In this document: positions 13,146-25,274 of the stretch, one piece after another
How the letters are laid out: the number at the start of each line of letters is the position of its first letter
Numbering within the stretch: position 1 is the first letter of the stretch
NCBI GenBank assembly: GCA_951406725.2
Contig: OX597821.1
Location: forward strand, 44,516,001 to 44,580,000
Length of the DNA: 64,000 nucleotides
Direction: 5' to 3'
Source of the DNA: Octopus vulgaris
Taxonomy: Eukaryota
Made by a program: the position numbers and the translations under genes
Notes under the pieces: generated by a model
Told to the model about the DNA's origin: nothing
Databases searched by the model: none
Seen by the model: the letters and a program-made list of their open reading frames with translations, nothing else

Positions 13146-13399
13146 AGCGGACGAGTATCCACTACTGAGGATGTGCACAAATAACTCGAAACCGTACGGT
13201 TTGGTGGCCTTACCATTGGAAGATGGTAGGGGTTCACTCCCTTGCTTGCAATATATATTAGGTGCAGACAGCATCGACTAACCAACTGGAGGAGGCGTCC
13301 TCCTGGGGTTAAAATGGTAGTAATGTCGGTTACAACGGAACAATCGTGCTGAAGTGGCGATAAACATTACTTCTTACTATAGTTACTGCTTCCATCTCT
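13146..13399 (+). mobile_element. ~250-bp non-coding insertion carrying a hammerhead-like motif
   Basis: Flanked by an ATCTCT duplication (13140-13145, 13394-13399). Removing it restores the transposase frame (QKISIRDSG*KPFLAGKG). Confidence 0.7.
13159..13207 (+). ncRNA. Type I hammerhead-ribozyme-like motif
   Basis: CCACTA-CTGAGGA-(16 nt)-GAAAC-CGTACG-GTT-TGGTGG. 6-bp stem I and palindromic stem III; stem II poorly paired. Confidence 0.55.
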
Positions 13400-14115
13400 T
13401 ATAGAGATTTTCTGACTAACTAATTTGGTTTCACATACCTTTTTCTGCAAATTGCCATACAAACCTTTTGCGTTTTTAATTACCATCGGGCTCAACGGCA
13501 CCTTACGTCGTGTCTGATTCTTGATCCATTCACCCAAGATCTGTCTCGCTTTAAGCCTCACATTAGATTATGAATAGATAAATTTAGAGCAGTTCTTGAA
13601 CACTTGACTTAATTTTCTTTCTATCATCATGTTTTGTTCCTTCTGTACACGTTACAAGCTTTAATGTTTTGACAACGCGGCTGACGGGTGTTTTCTCTGG
13701 CATAAAGCCTTTTTAAAGCATCAAGCCGTTTTAAAACATCCGGAGTAATCTTTTACAGTTCTTTTTCGTTCTACTGCCTTCTGTTCTACTAATTGACTTC
13801 TTTCCAAATATTTTAAATTGTAGGTAAATCTAACAGCGGCAGCGATTAGCAGTTACCCATAGCCTCATTGACCTAAAATCAAAGAATTTGTATGTATGTA
13901 TGTATGTATGTATGTATGTATGTATGTATGTATGTATGTATGTATGTATGTAGGTGTGTATAAGAAGGTTAGTAGGTATTTTTGATAGACATAGATATAT
14001 CCTCAAAGCGATACACACAAATATGCACACAACATACATACATGCATACATGCACACGTACTTACATATATACATACTTGTGTGTGTGTGCATGTGTGTA
14101 CGTATTTATATTACA

Positions 14116-14280
14116 GGAGTGGCTGTGTAGTAAGTAGATTGCTTACCAACCACATGGTTCCGGGTTCAGTTCCACTGCGTGGCATCTTGGTCAAGTGTCA
14201 TCTACTATAGCCTCGGGCCGACCAAAGCCTTGTGAGTGGATTTGGTAGACGGAAACTGAAAGAAGCCTGTCGTATATATG

Positions 14281-14328
<48 letters not shown>

Positions 14329-14529
14329 TATCTGTGTTTATCCCCCAACATCGCTTGATAACCGATGCTGGTGTGTTTACATCCCCGTAACTTTGCGGTT
14401 CGGCAAAAAGAGGCCGATAGAATAAGTACTAGGCTTACAAAGAATAAGTTCTGGGGTCGATGTGCTCGACTAAAGGCGGTGCTCCAACATGGTCGCAGTC
14501 AAATGACTGAAACAAGTAAAAGAGTAAAT
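14116..14529 (+). mobile_element. tRNA-derived SINE, full-length (same family as 562-960)
   Basis: GGAGTGGCTGTGTAGTAAG...GGTTCAGTTCC...(TG)n...GAAACAAGTAAAAGAGTAAA. Confidence 0.85.
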
Positions 14530-14582
14530 ATAATTATTTTATTCATAAGTGCATACATGCATGTGTGTGTGTATGTGTGAGT

Positions 14583-14790
14583 CTTTTACTTGTTTCAGTC
14601 ACTAGACCGCAATCATGGTGGGGCATTGCCTTGAAAATTTATTTTTAGTCGAATGAATCGACTTCAGTATTTATTATTTTTTAAACACTTGTACTTATTC
14701 TATCGGGCTCTTTGCCGAACCGCTAATTAACGGGGGCGTAAACACACAAACACCAGTTATCAAGCGGTGTGTGTGGGGGGGACATGCACA
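14583..14790 (-). mobile_element. SINE 3' half (same family)
   Basis: Matches 562-750. Confidence 0.75.
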
Positions 14791-14934
14791 ATCTCAAGGA
14801 CGCTCACACACACATACACACACCACACACTCACACACACACGCACACACACACACACACACACACATACATATATGTATATATAGAAAAAGGTCAAGGT
14901 AGAAAATGCTAAAATAATTTTATAAAAAACATTT

Positions 14935-14970
14935 CAGTGTCGGTTTCAGTCATTGAGACTTTTTCAACTG
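14935..14970 (-). ncRNA. Minimal hammerhead-like motif (left arm)
   Basis: Minus strand: CAG-TTGAAAA-AGTC-TCAAT-GACT-GAAAC-CG-ACA-CTG. The cleavage triplet is mutated. Confidence 0.5.
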
Positions 14971-15132
14971 TAAGTATGGAAAACAATTAAATTTTGGAAA
15001 AATTAAAAGAAAAGATTTTAAATGAATATTTGCATAGAATTCAAATACAAGGGGCATTTTCCTTGTTTCTGCATGTCTCTGTCTTTCTTGTTTACTCTTG
15101 TGGCTTCGAGGTCATGGGGAATTCGTGGCAGA

Positions 15133-15163
<31 letters not shown>

Positions 15164-15944
15164 AAGAAGAAGAAGAAGAAGAAGAAGAAGAAGAAGAAGA
15201 AGAAGAAGAAGAGGGAGGAGGAGGAGAAGAATGCGTGAGTGCCATGATAGTAGTAGGATGTTAAATGGTCAAGTGCCCTAAAAGTGACTTGTGGATGGAA
15301 GTAGTGATTGAATTCTTGAGTCAGCTCTTTTGAATGTATTGTTTATAAAATTTGCGTAGGTGTTATTCTATTCAGGAATAGTAGTAAAGTTAGGAAGGAG
15401 GTGACGGAGAGGAAGAAGACGAAGAAGGAGAAAGAGAAGGGAGAATAATAAAGGAATGCAGGTGGTATGATAATTGTAGGATTCCTACTACTATCATATC
15501 ACCTTTATTATTCTCCCTTCTCTTTCTCCTTCTTCGTCTTCTTCCTCTTCGTCACCTCCTTCCTAACTTTACTACTATTGCTGAATAGAATAACACCTAC
15601 GCAAATTTTATAAACAATACATTCAAAAGAGATGTCTCAAGAATTCAATGACTACTACCATCCACAAGTCACTTTCAGGGCACTTGACCATTTAATATCC
15701 TACTACTATCATGGCACTCACGCATTCTTCTTCTTCTCCTCCTCCTCCTCCTCCTCCTTCTTCTTCTTCTTCTTCTTTTTCCCTGCCAAGAATTCATAAC
15801 GACCACGAACCCACAAGAGTAAACAAGAGAGACAGAGACGGACAGAAACAAGGAAATGCTCCATGTATTTGAATACTATGCAAATATTCTTTCAAAAAAC
15901 TTTTCTTTTAATTTTTCCAAAATTCACTTGTTTTCCATACTCTA

Positions 15945-15980
15945 CCACTGAAAAAGTTTTAATGACTGAAACCGGTACTG
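15945..15980 (+). ncRNA. Minimal hammerhead-like motif (right arm)
   Basis: CCA-CTGAAAA-AGTT-TTAAT-GACT-GAAAC-CG-GTA-CTG. ACCGGT palindromic stem III, GUA triplet. Confidence 0.55.
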
Positions 15981-16071
15981 AAATGTTTTCTTATAAAACT
16001 ATTTTAGCATTTTCTACCTTGACTTATTTTTCCAAATATCTCAACTCGAGTGTTCCTTTTCAACCTTCTGC

Positions 16072-16119
<48 letters not shown>

Positions 16120-16123
<4 letters not shown>

Positions 16124-16282
16124 GACGGATTTTTTTCAGTTTCCGTCTACCAAATCCACCCACAAGGCTTTGGTCGGCCCGAAGCTATAGTAGAAGATAC
16201 TTGCCTTTAGTACCACGCAGTGGGACTGAACCTGGAATCGTATGATTGAGAAGCAAACATCTTCACAGCCATGCCTGCGCCT
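16120..16282 (-). mobile_element. SINE 5' half
   Basis: Matches 800-960. Confidence 0.75.
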
Positions 16283-16354
16283 CAAAAAGATCGTCTGACG
16301 AGTAATATTTTGCTGCATATTTTTTAAATATTTATATTATTTCCTTGAATAAGG

Positions 16355-16682
16355 AAAAGTAGCAGAAAAGAGTGTTGCGTGGTAGAAGTGGTGGAGGGTG
16401 GTAGAAAGGGTGGAGGGAGGCAGAAATTTTCGAGAACAGAAAAGGTGGAGGATAGAAAGGGTGGAGTGTAGAAGAAAAGGTGGAGTGTAGCAGAAAGGAT
16501 GGAGGGTGACAGAAAGGGTAGAGGGTGACAGAAAGGGTGCTAAAAAGGCGGAAGGTGGCAGAAAGGGTGGAGGGTAACAGAAAAGGTGGCGGGTAGCCGA
16601 AATGTCGGAGAGTGACAGAAAGGGTGTTAGTAAGTGGAAAGGCAAATGGTTAGTAGAAAGTGGAGGTGGTTGGGTGATAGAA
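16355..16682. repeat. Purine-rich minisatellite, ~19-bp unit (AGAAAGGGTGGAGGGTGAC-like)
   Basis: Roughly 16 degenerate tandem units. Confidence 0.85.
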
Positions 16683-17073
16683 TCCGTAAAACACTGGAAA
16701 ATGCCTTGTGTTTAGTTATTTCTTTTGTCTCACTGATTTCAAATCCATCGAGATCGATTTCGCCATTCATCGTTTAGGGATCGATAAAGTGAAGGAGCGT
16801 TGCTGGTAAATCGATTATGCCCTCGTCCAAGATGTATTTCCTTGTACCTAAGTTAGCGATCGTGCATTTCTCAGATGTAAATAACATCAAACGATAATTA
16901 CAATTGAGCTATCATTGACCCTTGAAATTGACTCAAGCCAGTCACTTATCTTCCTCTTCCTGACGTCATTCGTTTCAAAGAAACTCCATGGCTCCTGGAA
17001 AGATGAAAGGTTGGAAGGTCACATAAGCTACTGCCATTTACCCATTTTTCTTTCTTTGTATCTCTTTAACTGA

Positions 17074-17151
<78 letters not shown>

Positions 17152-17751
17152 CTTTCTCTCTCTCTATCTCTCTCTATCTATCTATCTTTATCGCTTCTTT
17201 TTTCTCTTCTATTCTTTTCTCCCTCTCCCTATATTTTATCCTTTCCCCACTCCCAACCTTGTTCTCTCTCTCTCTCTCCTTTCCTTGACCCACCAATATG
17301 TCTCTCTTCCTCCCCTGTTATTTATTGACATCTATACAGAAGCCCACTTATATGGTGGGTGCATGTACAATTAAATCAACCCTATTACCTAACTGTTACT
17401 TTATTTAATCGACCCTACATGAATGAAAAGTAAAGGCGTCTTTGAACTGAAAACGTTAATAGATTTAACCACGAAATGCTCTAAGCTACTCTTTGTTTTC
17501 TATAAATCACCTACCTTTTTATTTCTTATATGATGCAGTCCAAAACTAAATTTTACTTTCGATTTTTACTACCATATTCTGTAATTTACATTTTTTTCTC
17601 ACACTAACTTTTTATTTCTTTTCTGTTATTTACTCTCTAGACCACATACACATACGCGCGCGTATGACTGATGTTTAATATGTGGTGGCTTATAGTATTA
17701 CAGGGCTACTACGCAATACTTTTTAACAATTTCCCGATAATAAGCATGCCT

Positions 17752-17817
17752 TTCTTCTTCTTCTTCTTCTTCTTCTTCTTCTTCTTCTTCTTCTTCTTCT
17801 TCTTCTTCTTCTTCTTC
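17752..17817. repeat. (TTC)n microsatellite
   Basis: Direct reading. Confidence 0.95.
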
Positions 17818-18354
17818 TATACATTTATTCATTTATTCATTCATTGGCGTATAAATAATGATCGCTTAGATCAACACAAAACCTACAACAGTTGGGGAAG
17901 GAGTAGTACATATTTAATAGACATCGCAACTTAACTGGTATTTTATTTTATCGCCCTCATTAGACAGTTTATCTATTCACTAATCCACCTGTTCTCTCAC
18001 CTCAGCATTTCTCTTCAATAAGACCACGATTCCATCTCTTCTCTCATCCAACTACCATCTTTTAACAATGATTTCTCACATCTGTGCATTAGCACAAACA
18101 CTGAAACGTTGGGCAAAACTCCTGCACAACTTTTTACTATATATTCCGAATTTGAATCCTGCCAAGATCAACTTTGCTTTTTCTTCCTCCCCGTATCGAT
18201 AAAAAGAAAATGCCATAGCAGCCAAATACTGGATCTGTTTATATTCATACGAAAGAGGTACATTTAGGGGACAGTATTAACTGGCCTTTCTGCTCATAGC
18301 TACATCTATTAAATTTTTAAAAGAAAGCTATTACCAATATTTTTCAATTGGAAA

Positions 18355-18570
18355 AGGTAGTGAGCTGGCGGAATCGTTAGCAAGCTGGGCAAGATGCTTA
18401 GTGGGCATTTCGTCAGTCTTTACGTTCTGAGTTCAAATACTGCTTAGGTCGACTTTGCCTTCCATCTTTTCGGAGTCGATAAAATAAGTGTCAGTTAAGC
18501 ACCGGAGTCAATGTAATCGACTTAACCCCTCCCCCAAAATTGCTGGCCTTGTACCAAAATTTAAAACCAA
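18355..18570 (+). mobile_element. tRNA-derived SINE, second family (CTTTCATCCTTTCGGGGTCGATAAAATAAGTAC core)
   Basis: GAGCTGGCGGAATCGTTAGC...GAGTTCAAAT (B-box-like). Same head and core as 25465-25694 but a different tail. Confidence 0.8.
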
Positions 18571-18849
18571 CATTTTCAGTTGGAAAAGCGCTTCCTTGAT
18601 ATATTTTAACATTGATTCCTGCTAATACAGCATCGCTCTTAGTCGCTGATTTCTCAGAAAATTGATGACTTAGGTACGTCTGTTGACAAAGTAGACACAC
18701 TAACTAATTAGTCGAAAGGGTGATGACGTCGTCTTCTGTCATCATAGCGTCTGCGCGGATGAAATGGCTGTTGTTTCAGCTGATTAATCCCAAAAGAGAT
18801 GATATTGGCATGATTCTTGATGTCAGTCTGTCTGATGTTAGAGAATTTT

Positions 18850-19132
18850 TTATTGAAGCAAAGTGCTACTTCTACGCATTGAGAGCTCAAAATTCCGGTA
18901 CTTCAGACATGACATGAAAATGTCACAGGAAAGAGTCGCAAGCCGGATTTTTGAAGACGAGCCAATCGGTAGAAAACCTAGATGTAAACCAAGAACGAAA
19001 TGGTTGAATGATATCCATAACCTCAGTTGGTCATGCTTAGAAAGCCAAATGGAAAATCTATGGAGGAGGAGCTTGAGAACTCTCTCCAAATACTCTTTCG
19101 GGAATAGTGGACGAGAAAAGATGGATGGATAG
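18850..19132 (+). pseudogene. RTE-type LINE 3' fragment
   Basis: LLRIESSKFRYFRH..MSQER..IF..P.GRKPR.KPRTKW..DI is a typical RTE ORF2 C-terminus. Confidence 0.65.
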
Positions 19133-19384
19133 AGAGTAAACTGTTAATATGTGTATCTAAGTTCAAGCCACTAGTATTCCACAAATATAACAATACGAAG
19201 TATTCGTAGCAAAATCAGCCCGAGCAGAATATGAACCTAAAAAATCAGAATGACGCGATTAAATACTGTAGAACGTTTTAGTACGCCATGTTGCAATTTC
19301 TACAACTCATTCTCCCTTTAATGTATGTGTGTATGTGTGAGAGAGACAGACAGACAGACAAGCACACATACACACGCACGCACA

Positions 19385-19420
<36 letters not shown>

Positions 19421-19849
19421 CACGCACGCACGCACGCACACACAGACAGACACACACACACTAATCAGCTAAGAGAAATAACTAAGATTGGCCAGTGGAA
19501 TGCATATGAATATAGACAAATACAGCTATGTCAAAAACCCTAGCGCATAACATCTTGGTTTTTTTAAAATTATCTCTGCCTCTGGAGGATGTGTCACAAT
19601 TACCACATGATGCTTGAGAACAGCTCTAGATTGGAAAGAGAGATAATCACAGGAATCAAAGATTCTTCAAAGCTGATATGCCATTGAGGAAGAGATAGGT
19701 TTATTGTCTGGATATAATAGGACAATTGTGAGCATGTTTTTAACTCAGTAGGTATCAACAGTACAAACAATTGTCCAACCTTATCTCTTGCAACCAAGCG
19801 ACAGAGACACATACAAAAGTAGGACACATTATAGGACTAGGTCATTTGC

Positions 19850-20030
19850 ATAATAATAATAATAATAATTGTGTACAGTGCTCAGGTGCACTACAACTCA
19901 TCTAAAGTGTATATATAATCAGGTGTAGTTTCGGCGGATTTCGGAAAGCATGAGGGCCTTAAAGGATGCAGTGTCATAGCAGTCAATAACTGACGCAGGC
20001 AGTTTATTCCATGCTTCAGCAACTAAATTA
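19850..20030 (-). mobile_element. CR1/L2-like LINE 3' end with (TTA)n tail
   Basis: VAEAWNKLPASVI...ASFK C-terminal motif. Confidence 0.6.
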
Positions 20031-20031
20031 C

Positions 20032-20114
<83 letters not shown>

Positions 20115-20239
20115 AAGGATTTCTAACACTGAGCGGCAGAATCGGCTGAGCGACGGTCTTAAAGGATTTATAATATTAAGTTATGTCCCTTTACAGTTTC
20201 ATTTCAAATTACAACTTAGAATTTAGAGAAATGTAATGC

Positions 20240-20495
20240 TGATGCAATCGATCCCAATGCTTGATTGGTTTTTATTTTATCGATCTGCTGGGGTAAATTC
20301 TGATCAAACTCAATATTTGACTGGTAGTTATTTTTATCGATGTGGGGAAAAAGTGATCAATCACAATACTTGACTGGTAATTATTTTGTCGATCCGGAAG
20401 GATTGATAAAACTCAATACTTGAGCGATAATTATCTTATCGACCTGGAAGGGTTGATCAATTCCAATACTAGACTAGTAATTATTTTGCCGACTT
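20240..20495. repeat. Tandem array of a ~55-60-bp SINE-core-derived unit
   Basis: About 5 copies of GATCAA.CTCAATACTTGACTGGTAATTATTTTATCGA.C, related to the reverse SINE core (see 42080-42130). Confidence 0.7.
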
Positions 20496-20838
20496 AAAAG
20501 AGCTGAAGTCTTTTAATCAAAGGCCTGTCCATCAAAACTGACCAGGATCTGAACGACAAACCTGAACAAAGACGGTAGAGTAAGATCTGAGGTTCAAAGC
20601 AACGAGCCAATGAGGAAGGCTTTTCATTGGTCGTTCGATCTACAATAAAATAGCACTGTCGCTCTAAAAGACAAATTGGATAATGTAGTCTTAGACACAC
20701 CGTCTGAAATTAAGATGTGATAGTTACGTCTCGAACACCATTTCTCGTATGTCAGCTTGATCAGCGATGACCTGCAGTTAAACAACAAGAGCTTAGTCAG
20801 TAGACTATATATATGTGTGTGTGCTTGTGTGTGTATGC

Positions 20839-20895
<57 letters not shown>

Positions 20896-21395
20896 TGTGT
20901 GCGCGTGCGTGTGACACACACACATATATATATACGCATACACACACACACACACTATTTTACTCTTTTACTCGTTTCAGCCATGCGGCTGCGGTCATGC
21001 TAGGGGACATTATACAGGCACATATGTATGTATGCATGTATGTATGTATGTATTATGTATGTATGTATGGATGGATGGATGGATAGATGGATGGATGGAT
21101 GGATGTATGGATGGATAGTTTAAGCACTACCATACTAACAAATGATGACTAAATCTTGGAGTTTCATGAGAAGGTAATAATGCCTCATACTCATTGGATG
21201 GGCATGCTTATTGATCTAAGTCAATCATGCCTAAAACTAACCGCCACAGAAGACCAGCGAGCAAAGGCATTTCCATGAAAGAAAGTATTTTTTAAAGAAA
21301 AATATCATTATTTAGAATTTATAGTTGAAGGGTGATTAGTCAAGATCAAGAATCGAATTGTTTTTAAGGAGAAAGATCCAAATCAGAAGAGATAT

Positions 21396-24300
21396 GTTTC
21401 TTTATTAGCCACAGAGGACTGCACACAGACGGGACAGATCACAAAGTAGAGCTTTTCTTTTTTGGGAAAAAAAAAAAAGTGGGGTAGCTTTTCGACCAAA
21501 AGGGATCGTAAAAGGGAAAGAAGAAAAAAAGGAAAAAAGGGGAAAAAAACGATCAATAGGGATCGTGTATCACAGTGTCTTGATGTAAGGTGTAAAGGGG
21601 GAAGCAGATAAGGTTTATCCGTGAGAAGAAAAGCCTACGGAAAAGACCACAGTAACCTCGGTCAATATTGTTACATGTTACCACATTTGTTTGCAAGTGG
21701 GTAACCCTCTGTTTTAAATTTCCAGGTTCATAGGATTATGCTCAAGGTGGCTTCGTCATTCATACGTGCCGTCCTTGCTACATTCACCCATCTTTTTTTA
21801 AAACATTAGCTAGACAAAACTTGCCTCTCTACTCTCATTTTCCTTTTCAAGTGATACTTGAAGAAGTTGATGAGAGATTGACCAGAGAGGAAAGTGTTTG
21901 TTTCCAATCCTTTCAGATGCGTCCACCAGATACATTCTTTCGCCATAGCCACTAGGAAGATGAAAACAGCTCTTCCTTCCCGTTTGAAGGAAGGAGGTGT
22001 GACAATATTGACGATAGACTCGGCTGATAAACCGACTCGTCCCACACGTGACAGCAGTTGTTCGACATAAGCCCACAGGTCGGAAATTGTTGGACACTGC
22101 ACGGGTGCGTGCAGAACGGTTTCGTCGCTCTGACCGCATCTCGGGCAGGTCGGCCCCGTGTTTCTCGAACCGTGTCTGTAGAGCTTATCCCGAACGGGTA
22201 GCGCTTCTCGGTAGCACTGCCAGGCCAGGGATCTCTGGAAGTTGCCCATGGGCCCTGGCCCGAAAGTCGTCCTGAACAGGCGTGTCAGGTATTCCTCGTC
22301 GACATCCAGGTTCGCCCCGAGCTCGTCGTCGTACATCCCCTCCACTAATCCCCTATAGAATGCTCGGGGTGTGTTAGAGTCACTCAAAGTCGACCCGGGA
22401 CAGCAGAGTTGCTTGAGAGCAACGCGACACTCGCGGTGCCATTCGCCCTTCCTCGGCCTCTTTTTGATCCACGATTGCAGTTCGGTCATGGAGACGAGTT
22501 GCGGGAAAGCGTGCCTCACAAACTGCGACCACACCTGTTCACCGTCGTCTACGTAGAGCCTGAGATATCGCAGTCTCAGCGCGTGTCTGCGCATCATCAA
22601 CAACGGCATGCCCAGTCCTCCTTTTAACGGGTGTTGACAGCAAATGGATCGCCTGACCATCGGGACGCATCCTTTCCACAAGAAGCGAAAGAGAATGCGT
22701 TCTAGTTTGGTGATGGTAGGGTCGGGACAAGGCACAACGGTCAGGTGGCAGTAGATGACGGACGCGATGTACGAGTTCGCCACCTCCGCCCGACCTTTTA
22801 GGGACAGTTTCCTCTCGGCCCATTGCCGGGCGAGAGTGACCACTCTACTCGTTATCTCGTTCCAGTTCTTCTCCATTTGGAGGTCTGGACCAAACCAGAC
22901 CCCGAGCAACTCGACCGGACCGTCGGTCCAGCGTCCCACGATGGAGCTGCTGGTGGATGGCATGGGCTTGCTTCTCCCGGTGCCGAGTCGCAAGCCCACT
23001 GATTTTTCCCGGTTGATTTTCGCTCCTGTCACCGCTTCGTAGTTTTTCAGTGTCTCACCGACCTGCTCGATGTGCTCGTAGCTAGACACTATGACGGTGA
23101 CGTCGTCCGTGTATGCAGACACGCTCGTCCCGCATCCCAGTTCTCGCAGGATGCCCCTCAGAGTTGCCAGCTTCCGCAACAATGGCCCGAGAGTCAATAC
23201 GTAGAGAAGCGATGAGAGGGGGCATCCCTGACGGACCAAACGTGCGATGTCGAAAGGTCTCGACAGATGTCCATTTACGCGAATTACCGAACGGATGCCT
23301 GTGTACAAAGCGGCTATCCAGCCGCGGAAGACGGGACCGAAACCAGCCGCTCTGAAGACAGCCTCCAAGTATCGATGGTCTACCCTATCGAAAGCTTTCG
23401 ATTGATCCAAATTGATCAGCGCTCACCCATACCAGGTTCTTTAACTACCCTGTCTATGATGTAGCGTATCAGGTGGAGGTTGTCATGGATGCACCGGCCC
23501 GGCACGGCGCACGTCTGCGCCTTGTCGACCAGTTTCTCGATGACAAGCGCCAATCTCTTGGCTAACAACTTGGCCAAAATTTTCAAGTCTGCATTAAGCA
23601 GAGTGATGGGCCTAAAGTTATCTATTACATTCCCCTTGTTTAGATCTTTCTTCAGCGGTGTTACGGCTCCTCGGCTCACAAAACCAGGAATGCTCCCGTT
23701 TTGCTGCCAGTTGGAGTACACCGCTGCCAAGACGTCTCCAAACAAGTCTGTTTGTCCCTCGAGCATTCTGCCATCGCGTCCTGCACTTCCGCCGCCATGA
23801 TGGCACCTTCGCAGCGCCCTGCCTCTCTTGTCGAGAGTCGTGGTAGGCTGTGTAGGTAGGCACTAAAGTCCACCCTACGTTCTTGCCCGCCACTCGTCCC
23901 GAACAGTCGGGCAAAATGCTGTTGAAAGGCCTCACACATTTTACTTGGCTCGAGCAATTCGCGCCCTGTTCATCTACCAGAGACCGAATGGTGGCTTCGT
24001 TGCCCTGTTGCGCCTCTGCCACCCGGGCCTCTCTCGCGACTCCAACACCTTCGTTCCTTAGAGCACGCATCGTAGCTCTGACAACACACCCTTCGTGTTT
24101 GGCGTTGAAGTGTTGGTCGAGGGCCAACCTCGCCGCCAAAACGTCGGATGCGATGCCGCTTCTAATTGCCTCTTCTAGCTTCTTAACTAGCTCACCCTTT
24201 ACTTTATTTCTATGGTTAGTGCTTTGCTGTACCTAATCGCTTCTGCTTTTACTGCTCTCTTGAGGGCAAACCACCATTTGTTGTTGACGATGGCTCCCGT

Positions 24301-25070
24301 CAAAGCCTTCTTTACTAGTGTGCTAATCCGGTCTCTGAAAACCTGTCTCGATGGGAAAGACGCGTTTAGTTTCCAGTATCCGGGACCCTGCTTATGTGTC
24401 TTACCTAAGTCTAGCGTACATGTCACAAGTTTGTGATCCGTGTAGCTGACTATGTGGAATTGTGGACATCCTATGCTATCTCAATCTACTGTCCTACGCA
24501 ATATCCTATCTAGGTACGATATCAACGACCCGATGCGGTTGCTCCATGTCCACGTTGGCGCATTCGGAACCTGTCGGACAGTTGAAAGCGTCTGAGCAGG
24601 TCTCTGAGGCATTTGCATCCCCGTCTATTCCTATCTCTGCCCACGTAGTCTACATGCGTGTACAAGGTAGCATTCCAATCCCCCACTAAGAGTAAAGGAC
24701 GAGACGTTCCCAAGAATACTTCTAGACGTTGAAAGAAATCCGCCCGACCTGTTAAGGGCGGTGCGTAGACTGATACGAGTCGAAAAGCGCACCCATTGGT
24801 GCCATCGACATCCAGGACGACCAGTCTACCCTCCGGGTCTACGAATATTGTCTTTACTTTGAGATCCAGACTCTTTCGAAAAAGTACCGTGGTGACACTA
24901 CCGCCCATTCTTGGCAGACAGGGGAAAAAATAAATGTTGAACTATCCGCCAAACATGGTCTTTAGGGCCCGCGGATTGTGGAGTCTGGTCTCACTTATGG
25001 CTATGATTTCTAACTTGTATGACTTTATGTCATTTAAGAGGTACCCTTGTTTCCGACTAGAGAAAGTAAG
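21396..25070 (-). mobile_element. Tx1/L1-group LINE, 5'-truncated, ORF2 disrupted
   Basis: APE endonuclease (IAISET, LVSVYAP, VGDWN, PGYWKLN), RT (NFRPITLLNAD, DQSKAFDRVDH, VRQGCPLS, YTDD) and a C-terminal CPRC..ETVLH zinc motif. Several frameshifts and deletions. Confidence 0.92.
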
Positions 25071-25274
25071 AAACAGAGGGCGGGAGGGAAGAGGGAGGAT
25101 AGAGAGGGATAGAAAGGCAGAGGATGTGTAAAAAAGGAATAAGAGGCAAGAAATATTAGAAGGATGAAAGGATGAACAGAAGTTTGTCGGAAGTAATGGT
25201 GGCGGGGAAAGGGCATTAAGGCGGCTTGGACCAATACTTTATAATGTACTTCTACTTATGTAAACAAGGTAAAC

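Larger units (their letters stand above)
12800..13800 (-). pseudogene. pogo/Tigger (CENP-B-like) transposase remnant
   Basis: GEWIKNQ..VPLS..IK..A..LY (HTH), FLAGKGKFGKFKK, G..ASAD..AA, IAEEGYTPEQLYNVDET (first catalytic D). Interrupted at 13146-13399. Confidence 0.85.
14885..16033. repeat. ~1.15-kb imperfect palindrome (foldback) of a PLE-derived non-autonomous unit
   Basis: Arms 14885-15480 and 15484-16033 are reverse complements around GTAGG-ATT-CCTAC. (GAA)n in the left arm mirrors (TTC/TCC)n in the right. Confidence 0.9.

Noticed and set aside
14116-14190. tRNA gene
   Set aside because: A/B-box-like head of a SINE continuing into the SINE body; no complete cloverleaf.
14994-15281. Poly-Arg / poly-Ser protein (also poly-Phe at 17671-17934 and poly-Tyr/His at 9282-9494)
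   Set aside because: Trinucleotide microsatellite translations.
21370-21400. snRNA (U2/U5) target site for the Tx1-like LINE
   Set aside because: Only a vague short resemblance in the flank; no convincing snRNA sequence or TSD.
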